In this document: piece after piece, positions 11,766-22,566 of the stretch | Numbering within the stretch: position 1 is the first letter of the stretch | Layout: each line of letters begins with the position of its first letter | Source of the DNA: Chiloscyllium plagiosum | Taxonomy: Eukaryota | Assembly (NCBI RefSeq): GCF_004010195.1 | Contig: NC_057718.1 | Location: 29,253,852-29,286,286 of the forward strand | Reading direction: 5' to 3' | DNA: 32,435 nucleotides | Notes under the pieces: generated by a model | What the model was told of the DNA's origin: nothing | The model's database searches: none | Seen by the model: only the letters and a program-made list of their open reading frames with translations | Position numbers and translations under genes: made by a program

Positions 11766-12679
11766 CCAAATATCTCAATTTAGTTGTGATGGAGCAAAAT
11801 GGGTGGCTAGTGACAGCAAGAGAGTGGCACACAGTGTGAAATGACAAGCAAAACATTTAGGGAGGGAAGCAAGTAATGTAACGGTTAGGGGAGGGAATCA
11901 GTAAGAAAAAGAGAGGAGAAAGAATTAAGTTAGAAGATTCTGGGCCAATTAGGTTCAAGGCCGAGGTAATGTAAAAATTGCGGTCAAGAACCTAACCTGT
12001 CCTTATATATTTTCTTATGTAAAAGTGATTTTTGATTAGCATATATTCATTCACTACAAAGATTTTTAAATACACTGTGTTCTTCATCAAAACTTTAAAC
12101 TCGTCTTATTTTTAAATCTCTCATCTAATTCAAAAATGCCATATCTAATATTTGTAGCATTGTGCTGAGGAAACATGATCAATAGAACCTCTTCTATCTA
12201 ATTTGGTGATTGTGCAGCATTTTGATATCTGACTCAGGAATGTATACATTCAATTCATGTTTTAGCAATCATTCAAATTGCACTTGCAATGAAGGAATAC
12301 TGGACTATTTCTGGTACCTGTTAGACACAAAAGGGCATAAAAGATTACAAAACATTTTTGAAAAAGTGCAAGTAAGCTTTGGAATATCAGATTATATATT
12401 TGAGTCATGTTCAAAGATTACATTAACAAGGGAACCCATAACAGTAATCTGGCATTTTATTGAATCTTCTCCCACATTAGCTATGTTAATCTACACCCAA
12501 GACATTTGTCAGAGCTGATCCATTTAGGTCCGGTAAAGCTGAATCTGTAATATGGCCTCCAGTTTTGGTCACAAACAGACAGAGGCTGTGAAGAACCGCA
12601 AGATTCATCCCAGTGTTAGAAGCCTGAATTTAAAGAAAGAGTGGATAGTTTTTGATCTTGGAAAGAAACCTTTTGAAAG

Positions 12680-13070
12680 GCTACTTTCCCTGGAGTATCA
12701 GAGGCTGAGGGGTCACCTTATAGAGTTTATAAAATCATGAGGGGCATGGACAGGTTAAATAGAAAAGATATTTTCCCCAGGGAGGGGGAGTCCAAAACTA
12801 GAGGTTATGGGTTTAAGGTGAGAGGGGAAAGATTTAAAAGGGACCTAAGGGGCAACAGTTTTGCACAGAGAATGGTACGTGTATGGAATAAGCTGCCAGA
12901 AGAAGTGGTGGAGTCTGGTACCATTACAACATTTAAAAGGCATCGGGTATATGAATAAGGAGGGTTTAGAGGGATATGGGCTAAATACTGGCAAATGGAA
13001 CGAGATTTATTTAGGATATCTATCGGCATGGACGATTTGGACAGAAGGGTCTGTTTCTGTGCTGTCTACT
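12680..13070 (+). mobile_element. CR1 LINE 3' fragment
   Basis: SLEYQRLRGHLIE, KTRGYGFKVRGERFKRDLRGN, VWNKLPEEVVE and a 3' UTR hairpin region. Confidence 0.88.
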
Positions 13071-13377
13071 ATTAGATTAGATTACTTACAGTGTGGAAAC
13101 AGGCCCTTCCACACCCACCCTCTGAACAGCAACCCACCCAGACCCATTCCCCTACATTTACCCCTTCACCTAACACTACAGGCAATTTAGCATGGCCAAT
13201 TCACCTAACCTGCACATTTTTGGACTGTGGGAGGAAACCGGAGCACCCGGAGGAAACCCACGCAGACACGGGGAGAATGTGCAAACTCCATACAGTCAGT
13301 CGCCTGAGGCGGGAATTGAACGCGGGTCTCGGACTCTATGAGACAGCAGTGCTAACCACTGTGCCACCGTGCCGCCC
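13071..13377 (-). mobile_element. HE1-type V-SINE, tail-to-tail with the CR1 fragment
   Basis: Homologous to the other two copies, with a small deletion in the tail region. Confidence 0.9.
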
Positions 13378-13792
13378 GTGACTTGAAGTGGTGTGAAAAA
13401 CAGCTAATATGGAATATTACTTTAACCCCATGGTCTCCAATGTAGACAACAATCAACTGGTCATTCGCAAAGTCTCTGACAAGTCATCTCACTGCCCACC
13501 CACATTCTTTTGCTGCACACACATAGATTGCCATGCCATTGCATGAATTCCACTTCCAGAAGCCACAGGTTAGAGAAAAGAGCACATTCTTAACAGGCTT
13601 TACCAGTTTGTTGCATCGTGTTTCAGTTTGGTCCAGATGGACTATCACTGCAGGGTAAAATAAGTTTACATTGGCGATGCAAACAATCCAATAAGAAATA
13701 TACTAGGGGTTAATGTGTGGAGGCAGTACTAGAAACACAGGTCAATACTTAGCTCATCACATCCTTGTTACTCACTGAAATAGTGTTCCGAT

Positions 13793-14001
13793 TGTAATGA
13801 GGTCAGCCAGGTGGACCTAATAGGATAAGAAGTCCTTGATGGGGGTTGTTAATCTGGTTCTATCAGGTAGCCTTGGCTGACAGATATCCTGTTCACTCTG
13901 AGAGCTGGCTCTGAGGGAGCTGGATCAGTATCAAGGATTCTCCACATGTAAATAAAGGGTGATTGATGCTGAGATACTGGCCTCTGTGGAATTATTATAC
14001 A
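13793..14001 (+). mobile_element. Probable short solo LTR
   Basis: TGTAAT...TTATACA termini and AATAAA at ~13951; no clear TSD. Confidence 0.5.
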
Positions 14002-14313
14002 GCAGCTCAGCTAGTCCGCTCCTCTGCTGTGCTCTGTAGGGCTGCAGATTTCTTCTTTAGCTGCTTACCCAATATATCCATGCAGGATGAAGAAAACTTA
14101 CAGGCAACACTGCCATGGCCCACATCCAGTATCCAAGCAACGCAAGCCAAACAGGAGCCCAGGAACAAGTTGTAACCACAGACATGACCTCTTCAGCCTC
14201 CACACTTGAAAGCAGCCAGCAACATTGTGGATGTTCCAGAGGTGTGGATCCAGAGGCCTACCTGAGGCGTGACCAATGGCAGAGTAACATTACAACTACA
14301 AAGTGAAGTAATA

Positions 14314-15210
14314 ATGATGAGTGATGAACCAGGACCATCTGAAAGGAAACCAAAAAGTATACAATTCCTACAAGGAATGACAAAATGAATTTCTATTCAC
14401 AACTGTAAAAAAGAAGATGATTTGCCTCATATGTCACAAAAGTATATTGATAAGTAAAGAGTGCATTTGGAACCGCACCAAACAACAAAACGCACTAAAT
14501 TCTTGGCTAGTTTTCCCTTGGAGAGCATGCTTAGGACAAAGGAAATTGTTGTGCTAAAGGCCATTTTTAAAATTGAACAGTAATATTTTTCTAAGTTACC
14601 AGCGTTTGGATCTTCTAGCAAAGGCAAGAAATCATAGCAATGACTATGAATGCTGACTAGATTAGAGTGGTGCTGGAAAAGCACAGCAAATCAGGCAGTA
14701 TCCAAGGAGCAGGAAAATCGACGTTTTGGGCAAAAGCCCTTCATCAGGAATGATATGACTGCTAACTCTATATTTACAGTCTTTAAAAACAAAGAAGAAT
14801 TAATAACGCAATCTAGAGTATGTCGCATGGTAGAAAGATGAGTGGTTTATTTGCCCAAAGGTGTCTTTCTGTAACTACAGTAGGACCTGAAGGATTGTGA
14901 ATGCTTCTCACTGCAGTTTGATGAATCCATCAGCATGACAAGCTCAGCCCAGCTGATTGTTCTTGTGTGAATGGCTTTTAAGGACATCACAACTAAAAGA
15001 GGATCTTCTCATCCTTTTGCCTCTTAAAGAGAGAACAAGGGGTGAGAATATCTACAATGAATACAAAAAGCACATCCTAACATTCCAATCAAGAAACTAG
15101 TTTCCATCACAACCTGTAGTGTAGCAGCCATGCTTAGTGCAAATGCCTGCTCTGTTACATTTTGCAAAACTGCTCCTGATTTTCCCTCTTTTGTTCAATT
15201 AACGAAGTAT
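14314..15210 (+). mobile_element. Decayed hAT DNA transposase (Charlie/SPIN/GTF2IRD2-EPM2AIP1-like)
   Basis: FSLQFDES...SAQLIVLV*MAFKD...LLPLKERTRGENIY...KLVSITT...CKTAPDFPSF, with stops and frameshifts; N-terminal MSDEPGPSERKPK. Confidence 0.8.
14659..14753 (-). mobile_element. ~95-bp PLE-terminus/hammerhead insertion with TSD; core mutated
   Basis: Reverse strand CTGATGAAGGGCTTTTGCCCAAAACGTC (14720-14747); flanks TATGAATGCTGACT and TATGACTGCTAACT. Confidence 0.8.
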
Positions 15211-15576
15211 AATTTCAGGACCATTAAGGAGAAACTCTTTACAGAAAACTCAGCAACACATGGAGCAAACTTGCAGATAGAACAATGCAAGCAAAACCTT
15301 TGCAATCATTACAATGAAAATCTTGGGATTTTATAACTGGAAAACGGTGGGATCTCCCTTGGTTGATTAGGATGAGCTTGAATGGTCTTTTTCCATTATA
15401 ATAATCTTTCATTGTGTAGTGTAATTCTCCTATCCTTAAAAAATAGCACTTGCGCATCCTGTCTACAACCAATGAAATCCTTAACGAAGGTTTATCATCC
15501 CTAGATGCTATTTCTTTATGTTCTCCTTACTCCACTTCTCCATGCAATGTTTTCATCCTCAACCATTCATATTCTG

Positions 15577-15801
15577 GGCGAAAATGAGTACTGCAGGTGA
15601 TGGAGGTTAGAGTCCAGAATATGGTGCTGGAAAAGCACAGCAGGTCAGGCAGCATTGGAGGAGCAGGAAAAATCGACTTTTCAGGCAAAAGTCCTTTATC
15701 AGGAATGACTCATTCCTGATGAAGGGCTTTTGCCCAAAACGTCAATTTTTCTGCTCCTTGGATGCTGCCTGACCTGCTGTGCTTTTCCAACACCACACTC
15801 T
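15577..15801. repeat. Head-to-head inverted pair of PLE/hammerhead termini
   Basis: Centre AGGAATGA-C-TCATTCCT at 15701-15717; arms of ~90 bp are imperfect reverse complements. Confidence 0.85.
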
Positions 15802-15849
15802 CCATTTATATTCTGTACTATATGCCAATTACCTCAGTCTTCAGGAGTT

Positions 15850-16110
15850 CAGTTTTCCAGAGTATTAAAATTCAAATTCTTCAACTCTTTCGATAACCAT
15901 GTGCCACATTATCTCTGTAATTTCTTCTAGCCTTCATTCCACTTTCAGTATTCTAAATTTGGGCCCTCTCTTGCCTTCAGATGATCATTATGACATAGCT
16001 AAGGTGGTGTTCTCTGGAACTTCCTCCTTGTGTCTTGGCCTTTTTATATCATTTTCAAAACTCTTTTTCTCAACCAAGATATTGCCAACATTTCTCACAT
16101 TCTTCATCAA
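15850..16110 (+). mobile_element. Degenerate L2-like 3' fragment
   Basis: Similar to 24590-24850 (AAATTC...ATCTCTGTAA..., AAAACTCTTTTTCTC). Confidence 0.4.
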
Positions 16111-16217
16111 TGTGCAACATCCAGTCAGTTGCCTTTGGTGTTTTTCCATTGCCATTCTCTCAAACGTTGCCCCAAGATGTGTTCTACAGTAATGGGCTCC
16201 ACATTTAAATCATTCCT

Positions 16218-17500
16218 GATCTGATTTGACCTATTGTAGTCATGTTTGCCTAAGTACAGTAAAATGCTTTGTTTGTGAATAGTACAGGCAGATCATAGCA
16301 AGCAAGGACATATAGATCGTACGGTGCTTAGCCAGATTGAGGCATACAAGTTACACTGCACAGGAGGTGCACAAGACAAGATCAACATTATTTGAATTTT
16401 GTGAGTCCATTCATCAATCTAATAACAGCAGGGAAGAAACTGTTCCTGAAGTTGTGCTCAAGCTTCCATATCTTCTGCCTGATGAAAGGGATTGTAGGAG
16501 AGCATTAAAGGGATGGAAGGGGTCTTTGATGTTAACAGCCTATCTGTGGCAAAGAGAAGTGTAATTGGAGTCCATGGATGGAAGGTTGGCTTCTGTGATG
16601 GTCTGGGGTGTACACACAAACTTCTGTAGTTTCTTATGGTCCTGGGCAGAGCAGTTTCTGTAAGAGGCTGTTATGCAGCCGGATAGTATGCTTTCTATGG
16701 TGCATCTCTAAATGTTGTTGAGAATTCTTATGGACATGCTGAATTTCTTGAGCTACCTGAGAAAGAAGAGGTGTGTTGTGCTTTATTAACTGTCGCATCT
16801 ACGTGGGAAGTCCAGGACAGGTTGCCAGTTATCGTCACTCCTAGGAATGTGACGCCCTCAATCTCCACTCCATTGATGTAGATGGGGGCATGTTCTCTTC
16901 CTTTCTTCATGTGTGTGTGTGTGTGACAGACAGAGAAACTGTTATCATTGCACCACGACAGCAGGTCCTCTATCTCGCTTCTACATTCTGACTCATTGTT
17001 GTTTGCTATCCATCCTACTACGATAGTGTCATCAACAAACTGGCATTCATTTGGAATTTAGCTACACAGTTGTTGGTGTACAGAATGCATCCTTGGTGGG
17101 GGTGTCCAGTGTTGAGTGTTATCGTGGAAGAGGTGCTGTTGTCTATCTTCACTGATTGCAGTCTGTGGGTCAGGAAGCTGAGGATCCAGTAGCAGAAGAC
17201 GGAGCCGAGACCTAGGTCTCAGAGTTTTGAGATCAGTCTGGAAGGATGGTGTTGAAGGTGGAGTTGTAGTTGATGAGTAGGAATCTGATGGAAGTGTCTT
17301 TGTTATTGCAGGGATGAATGCAGAGCTCGGGAAAGAGCTTCCACTGTGGACCTGTTACTTTAGCAGGCAAATTGCAGGGGATTGAGGCAGACTGGCAAGC
17401 TAGAGTTGATGTGGGCCATGACCAGCCTCTCAAAGCACTTCATATTTATGGAGGTCAGAGCCACTGCGCAGTAATCATTGAGGCACATTGCATGTGCTTT
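16218..17500 (-). mobile_element. Rex1/Babar-clade LINE, 5'-truncated and decayed
   Basis: [19 protein letters not shown]...LNPLQFA, NYNSTFNTILP, WILSFL, FVDDT, FLGVTITGNLSWTSH. Confidence 0.85.
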
Positions 17501-17589
17501 CTTTGATATCCTGATTTTAAAAAATAAAGGTTTTTGATTTTGTGTTGTGCATTGAATCTTCAAATTCTCCAGACTCAAGCCTTGCTTAA

Positions 17590-18797
17590 TGAGTAAGTTA
17601 GACAAAGGAGAGCCAGTGGACATGATCTATTTGGATTTCTAAAAGGCCTTTGATAAGGTGCTGAACAGAAAGCTGCTAAATAAGAGAAGAGCTCATGGCA
17701 TTCGGGGTAAGGCATTGGCATGGATAGAGGATTGGCAGAACACAGAGAATGAGAATAAACTGGTCCTTTACAGAATGAAAGCTGGTTACTACTGGAATTC
17801 CACAGGGGTCAGTGTTGGGTCCACAACTATTCACATTACACATTAACAATCTGGATGAAGGAACTGAGGATACTGTTGCTAAGTTTGCAGCTGACATAAA
17901 AATGGATGGAGGGACAGGTTGTATTGAGGAAGTAGGGAGGCTTCAAAAAGGACTTGGACAGGCTGGGAGAGTAGGCAAAGAAGTAGCAGAAGGAATACAA
18001 TGTGGGAAACGGTGAGGTTATGCACTTTGCTAGGAAGAATAGAGGCATATACAATTTTCTAAATGGGAAAAGGTTTCAAAAATCTGAAACAAAAAGGACT
18101 TAGGAGTCCTAGTTCAAGATTCTCTTTAGGTTAATATGCAGGTTCAATTGGCAAATAGGAAGGCAAATGCAATGTTAGCATTTATTTCAAGGTTGCTAGA
18201 ATACAACAGCAGAGATATACTGATAAGATTGTATAAGGCTCTGGTCAGAAAGCATTTGGAATATTGTGAGCAGTTTTGAGTCCAGTAATTAAGGATTGCT
18301 ATGCTGAGGTTTTGGAGTGGTTCAGAAGAGGTTTACAAGAATGGTCGTGGGGACGAAGGACTTGTCATATGAGACGCGGTTGTGGACTCTGGATCTGTAC
18401 CCATTGGAGTTTAGAAGAATGAGGGAGAACATACAAAATACTGATAGAACTGGGTAGTGTGGATGTGGAGAAGATGTTTCCACATGTAGAATAAATTAGG
18501 ACCTGAGAGCACGGCCTCAGAGTGAAGGGATAACCCTGTAGAACTGAGATGAGGAGGAATTACTGCAGCCAGAGGGTGGTGATACATTGCCGCAGATGGC
18601 TGTGGAAGCCAAGTCACTGTGAGTATTGCAGATAGAGATATATATGCTCTTGATTAATAAGAGAATCAAGGGTTATGAGGAGAATGCAGGAGAATGGGGT
18701 TGAGAAACGTATCAGCCATAATCAAATGGTGAAGCAGATACAATGGAGTGAATCTACTAATTCTGCTCCCATATCTTAAGGTCTTATAGTTTATGAT
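17590..18797 (+). mobile_element. Decayed CR1 LINE (family A) RT and 3' end
   Basis: [42 protein letters not shown] and a TCTTA-type tail. Confidence 0.88.
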
Positions 18798-18963
18798 GCA
18801 GAACCTGCTCAACTGAATTGTTAATTTGAAACTCCCTGTCATCTCCCCGCTATCCTAAACATGGTCAGTTGTTATAAACTGCTCATTTTCTTTAACTCAA
18901 AAACTTGTTACATATCAGAAACAATCTGTAACAAATGAAGAGGGCAACTGATACAGCATATAC

Positions 18964-19041
18964 CTCCACAGGCTGTGATAATTTAGTGTTATAACACTGC
19001 TGTCCCTGAAGACCTTTTCCTGTCTGATTGATGTGCTGAAT
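18964..19041 (-). CDS. Candidate 78-nt exon of the host gene
   Basis: ctttcatctttatag acceptor, GAG|gtatat donor, two frames open; phase link to other exons unproven. Confidence 0.3.
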
Positions 19042-19361
19042 CTATAAAGATGAAAGTTTTTGAGTAAGAGCTCGTCTCACTGAATGGGCTGCTCATCAAT
19101 TCAAATCCAACAGCCTGCTCTAAAGACTCTGCTTACATTTTGACAGCTATAACAAATTGCACCACAGAAACTGAGACAATCCACAACATTCTAAATAAAA
19201 CAACACACAATGTTTCAAAATAGGTCAATAATAAGTTATCTTAGAAATTTCTGGTTGACTGCAAAATGAGAAACATTGTTTGCATTTCCTGTATTATATC
19301 ACAATGCAAACCAATGTCACTAAATTGGTATGTGAAACACCAATGTCACTAAAATAAACAC

Positions 19362-19570
19362 AAAATACGGCCAATGCTGGTAACTTAAAATAAAAAAAAC
19401 AAAGTACTAGAAGTACTCAGCAGGTCTAGCAGTCAACGTGACTGAGAAACAGAGTTAACATTACGTCAAATAGAACTCGTCTTCAGAACCCTGAAGAAGA
19501 GCAATATTTGTCTTAAAACATCAACTCAACATCTCTTTTCAAGCTTGCAGCCAGACTTACTGACCTTTGT
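19362..19570. repeat. Old palindromic element (MER6/PLE-terminus-like) with eroded hammerhead cores
   Basis: Centre CTTCAG-AACC-CTGAAG (19481-19496); arms ACTCAGCAGGTCTAGCAG...GAGTTAAC and CAACTC...GCAGCCAGACTTACTGA. Confidence 0.6.
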
Positions 19571-20494
19571 ATTACAATAGCTCCCTAATAATACAATCTA
19601 TTATCTAGTCAAATTTTGACTTTTATATCTCCCTTGGTACATTTGCTTCCAAGTAAACATACTGTATTTCTTGAAGCTCAAGTTTCAGCATTTGTGACTT
19701 TTGTTGCCTTCATGGAATATGGTTTCAAAATGAATGACTATTTTAGACATACTTACAAAAGTAGATATTGCAATGGATACAAATCTATTGAGAAAATTTC
19801 AAGATAAACCACTTATTTTAAAACTAATACATTTTAGCCTTGGGGACATAATTTAAATGTACACACAGACTAACCCATGAGTTGATGAAAGAACAAAGAC
19901 TGTCCAATAGTACACAACCAAATGCCTGTTTCTGGTGGGAAATATATCATTCTGTTCACAACGTTCATTTTAAAGGCTTTTTTTGGAATCTTCAATGTCA
20001 GTTAACGTTTCTGGCTAAATATTTCTCATATCTTGTCATGTCTCAGCATTAAATTCAGAAACTAAATTAACTCCTGCCTCTGTTTTTGCTTTTCATTTAC
20101 AAAGTATATTACTGCTAATTCCCTTAACATTGCATACATAAAGGGAAGGTACAGTGCTCAAAATGATTTAGGAGGCAATCTTCCACCACGGGAATCAAAG
20201 ACAAATTAGGCTTCAGCTAAAGCAGGTTTAGAGCTTGGGGGAATTAGATGGCCAGAATGCAAAAATAAAATCAGTTCCCATTTTCAAGTCATAAGCGGGT
20301 ACATTTCCCTGTTGGGTATGATACCTGAGTAAATTTCATCAGGGATCAGTTATGATACTGATTTCAATAAATTTGTTAGTTTGCAGGCAAGCACGAGAAA
20401 AATAATAATGAACATTTCCAAATTGTCATTAAAACTCAAGTGGTTTATTAATATCTTTTAGGGAAGCAAACACTGATCTGTTCATGCTCTGGCA

Positions 20495-20760
20495 TCTTAA
20501 TGAAATGGGTTAGTGTGCAGTAGATTTCAATGCAATTGTAATGTCATGCATTTATGTTTATGAAGATCTAAGTATGTCCATGGGTACTCAGTAAGGCTTA
20601 TAGATTGAGAGAGATGTTTGTAGTAATTGAAGATTAATCAGCAATGGTGCATAAGCAGTTTGAATAAGGCCATTGAAAGGGTACACAGTGCTTCAGGCTA
20701 CATTGTTTGAATTAGAGCATAATATAGAGACACATAGAGACCTTAGAGAATATTATGATC
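20495..20760 (+). mobile_element. Highly degenerate CR1 fragment
   Basis: Resembles the W..WQ..FN..C.VMH segment of the CR1 RT C-terminal region. Confidence 0.35.
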
Positions 20761-20768
20761 CCAGCTAA

Positions 20769-21840
20769 TGTTACAAATGACTCAGTCAGACCCCAGAATG
20801 AAATCTGACCTTATAGATCTTTTTATACATTGAACATGGCTGTTTTCAGTGAAAAATAAGCAAGAGGATGCAAATTTGGTTTAAACTTTAAGCAGAAGTT
20901 TATAACACGAAATAAATAAAAATAAAGTAAACCAGGCTCTGAAAATAAAACATAGTTTGAAAGATTTCAAAACAAAGTCCCAACTACTTCACATCATCAC
21001 TTTACAGTTAATCAAAATCCAGAAAGGTTTCCCTATCCTATCAAATGCATAGGTTTCCTGTCCTGTGAACCTTGAAACTTTCTTCTTAAATATTGTACTC
21101 CCACAACTGAAATTGTAAACACTTTCAGCTTCGAATAACTAATGCAGATTTCTAACCAAACAGTCTTGATCTGGAAGTTTTCACAAATTTTAACCCTTAC
21201 AACGAAATAGCATATTTCCTTAATTTCCCTGAATAATCTTTTTTTCTAGGGTAAATTATTCTTCCATCTGACCACAGACAAGTCTTCTTTGAATGGCATT
21301 CAAAGATTTAACAAATTTGTTGAAACTTGCTCATCCTAGCTTCTGCTATGCTATTTTATTTCTTCTGTTGTAAACTCCCACAGTATAACTCTAACTTCCA
21401 TTAAATTCAATGTTTATTTGCAAAATGCACCTTATTTCTTTAGGATATGGTTGAAACAAAAATACATACATATATATAAAACACACACACATATATAATT
21501 ATAATTAAAGATAATAAGAGAAAATAATCACAAGAGCAATTCTCCTCGCCAACTGAAATTCAGAGACACGGAATTTTAAAGCAAGTCAAAATCTGGTTGA
21601 TGGGATTTATTTATTTTTCTGACACCTTTTCTTAACTGTTTAAAACCCAGTCAATTAAGTAATTATCCCAAGTAAAACTTATCTTGGGTTTTACATATTG
21701 TCCTGCCTCCCAAAAGATAGTCTTCTATAACAGTTATGGTTGTTATGGCAAATCCTGAATTAAAAAGATAGTGGATATAACCTTGATATCTTCCCTATAA
21801 GATGTTCACTATTTGATTTATGGTTCTCCCATAGAAAACA
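20769..21840 (-). mobile_element. Possible degenerate solo LTR
   Basis: Reverse strand ends ...GGGTCTGACTGAGTCATTTGTAACA; other boundary uncertain. Confidence 0.25.
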
Positions 21841-22183
21841 GTCTAAGATACCTTCACCAGTTCTGCCCCACCTCTCAAAATATTAACCACAATTACTGAG
21901 GAGCTCAGACAGGAGAAAATCAGTTGAGAAGAGTTTGACTCATTTTTGGGAAGGTAACCTAACCCCTAAATTGTTTAACAACCATTGAAATACACCAGGT
22001 ATATTTCGTTTTCATGGTTGAATTTTGTCTTACAAATTAGAAATTCCATTTGATGTCAACTCTTCTAAAACTAAATAAAGTAAATGAGAAAAAAAAGTGA
22101 CGAAACTGAATTCAATCCAATCCACATGTATCAGCTTCAAGGGTACTGCTTCTATCTACAGATTGGTTTCAACTTTGACTTAC

Positions 22184-22370
22184 AACTGATGAGGTTGTTC
22201 ATACATTGGATCTAATAAATGTACCCTTCGTGGACTGCTTGTAACTAGGAGTTATAGCTCCATCTGGTGGAGAGCATATTTTGAATACTTGATAGTCTTC
22301 AATCAAAATTGTTGCTGCACTAAAAGTTAAGGTGCCGGAGGCAGTTGGCTCAAGAGTATTAGAAGTGGAC
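22184..22370 (-). CDS. Candidate exon of the host gene with two possible donors
   Basis: aaaatttcag acceptor; frame STSNTLEP...FIRSN is open; donors AAT|gtatga (exon end 22205) or GTT|gtaagt (exon end 22184, includes TGA). Confidence 0.3.
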
Positions 22371-22510
22371 CTGAAATTTTGCAACACACACATCTAAAGG
22401 TTGTGAAACTTGATCAGCAAGCAATTACATTTCCCAAGATGCAAGTTACTTTACAGTCTTAGTAAATCAATCAATTTAGCAGACGCTTTGGATGTGCAAT
22501 ATATACGTAC

Positions 22511-22566
22511 CGTTACAGGACTTTGCCTCAGCGTTGTGCTCTCATTGGTGAAACAAGCTGGACATG
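22511..22566 (-). other. Candidate 56-nt exon
   Basis: ctttctggcctttttcag acceptor and ACG|gtacgt donor; one open frame (CPACFTNESTTLRQSPVT). Confidence 0.25.

Noticed and set aside
12190..12317. Strong minus-strand acceptor (cttttgtgtctaacag)
   Set aside because: All three frames stop within ~60 nt and no convincing donor follows
11154..13381. ORFs of 63-109 aa over the SINE and CR1 copies
   Set aside because: Chance ORFs in SINE sequence and in off-frame CR1 sequence
22199..22201. In-frame TGA as selenocysteine
   Set aside because: No SECIS can be identified, there is no Cys-homology evidence, and an alternative donor explains it more simply
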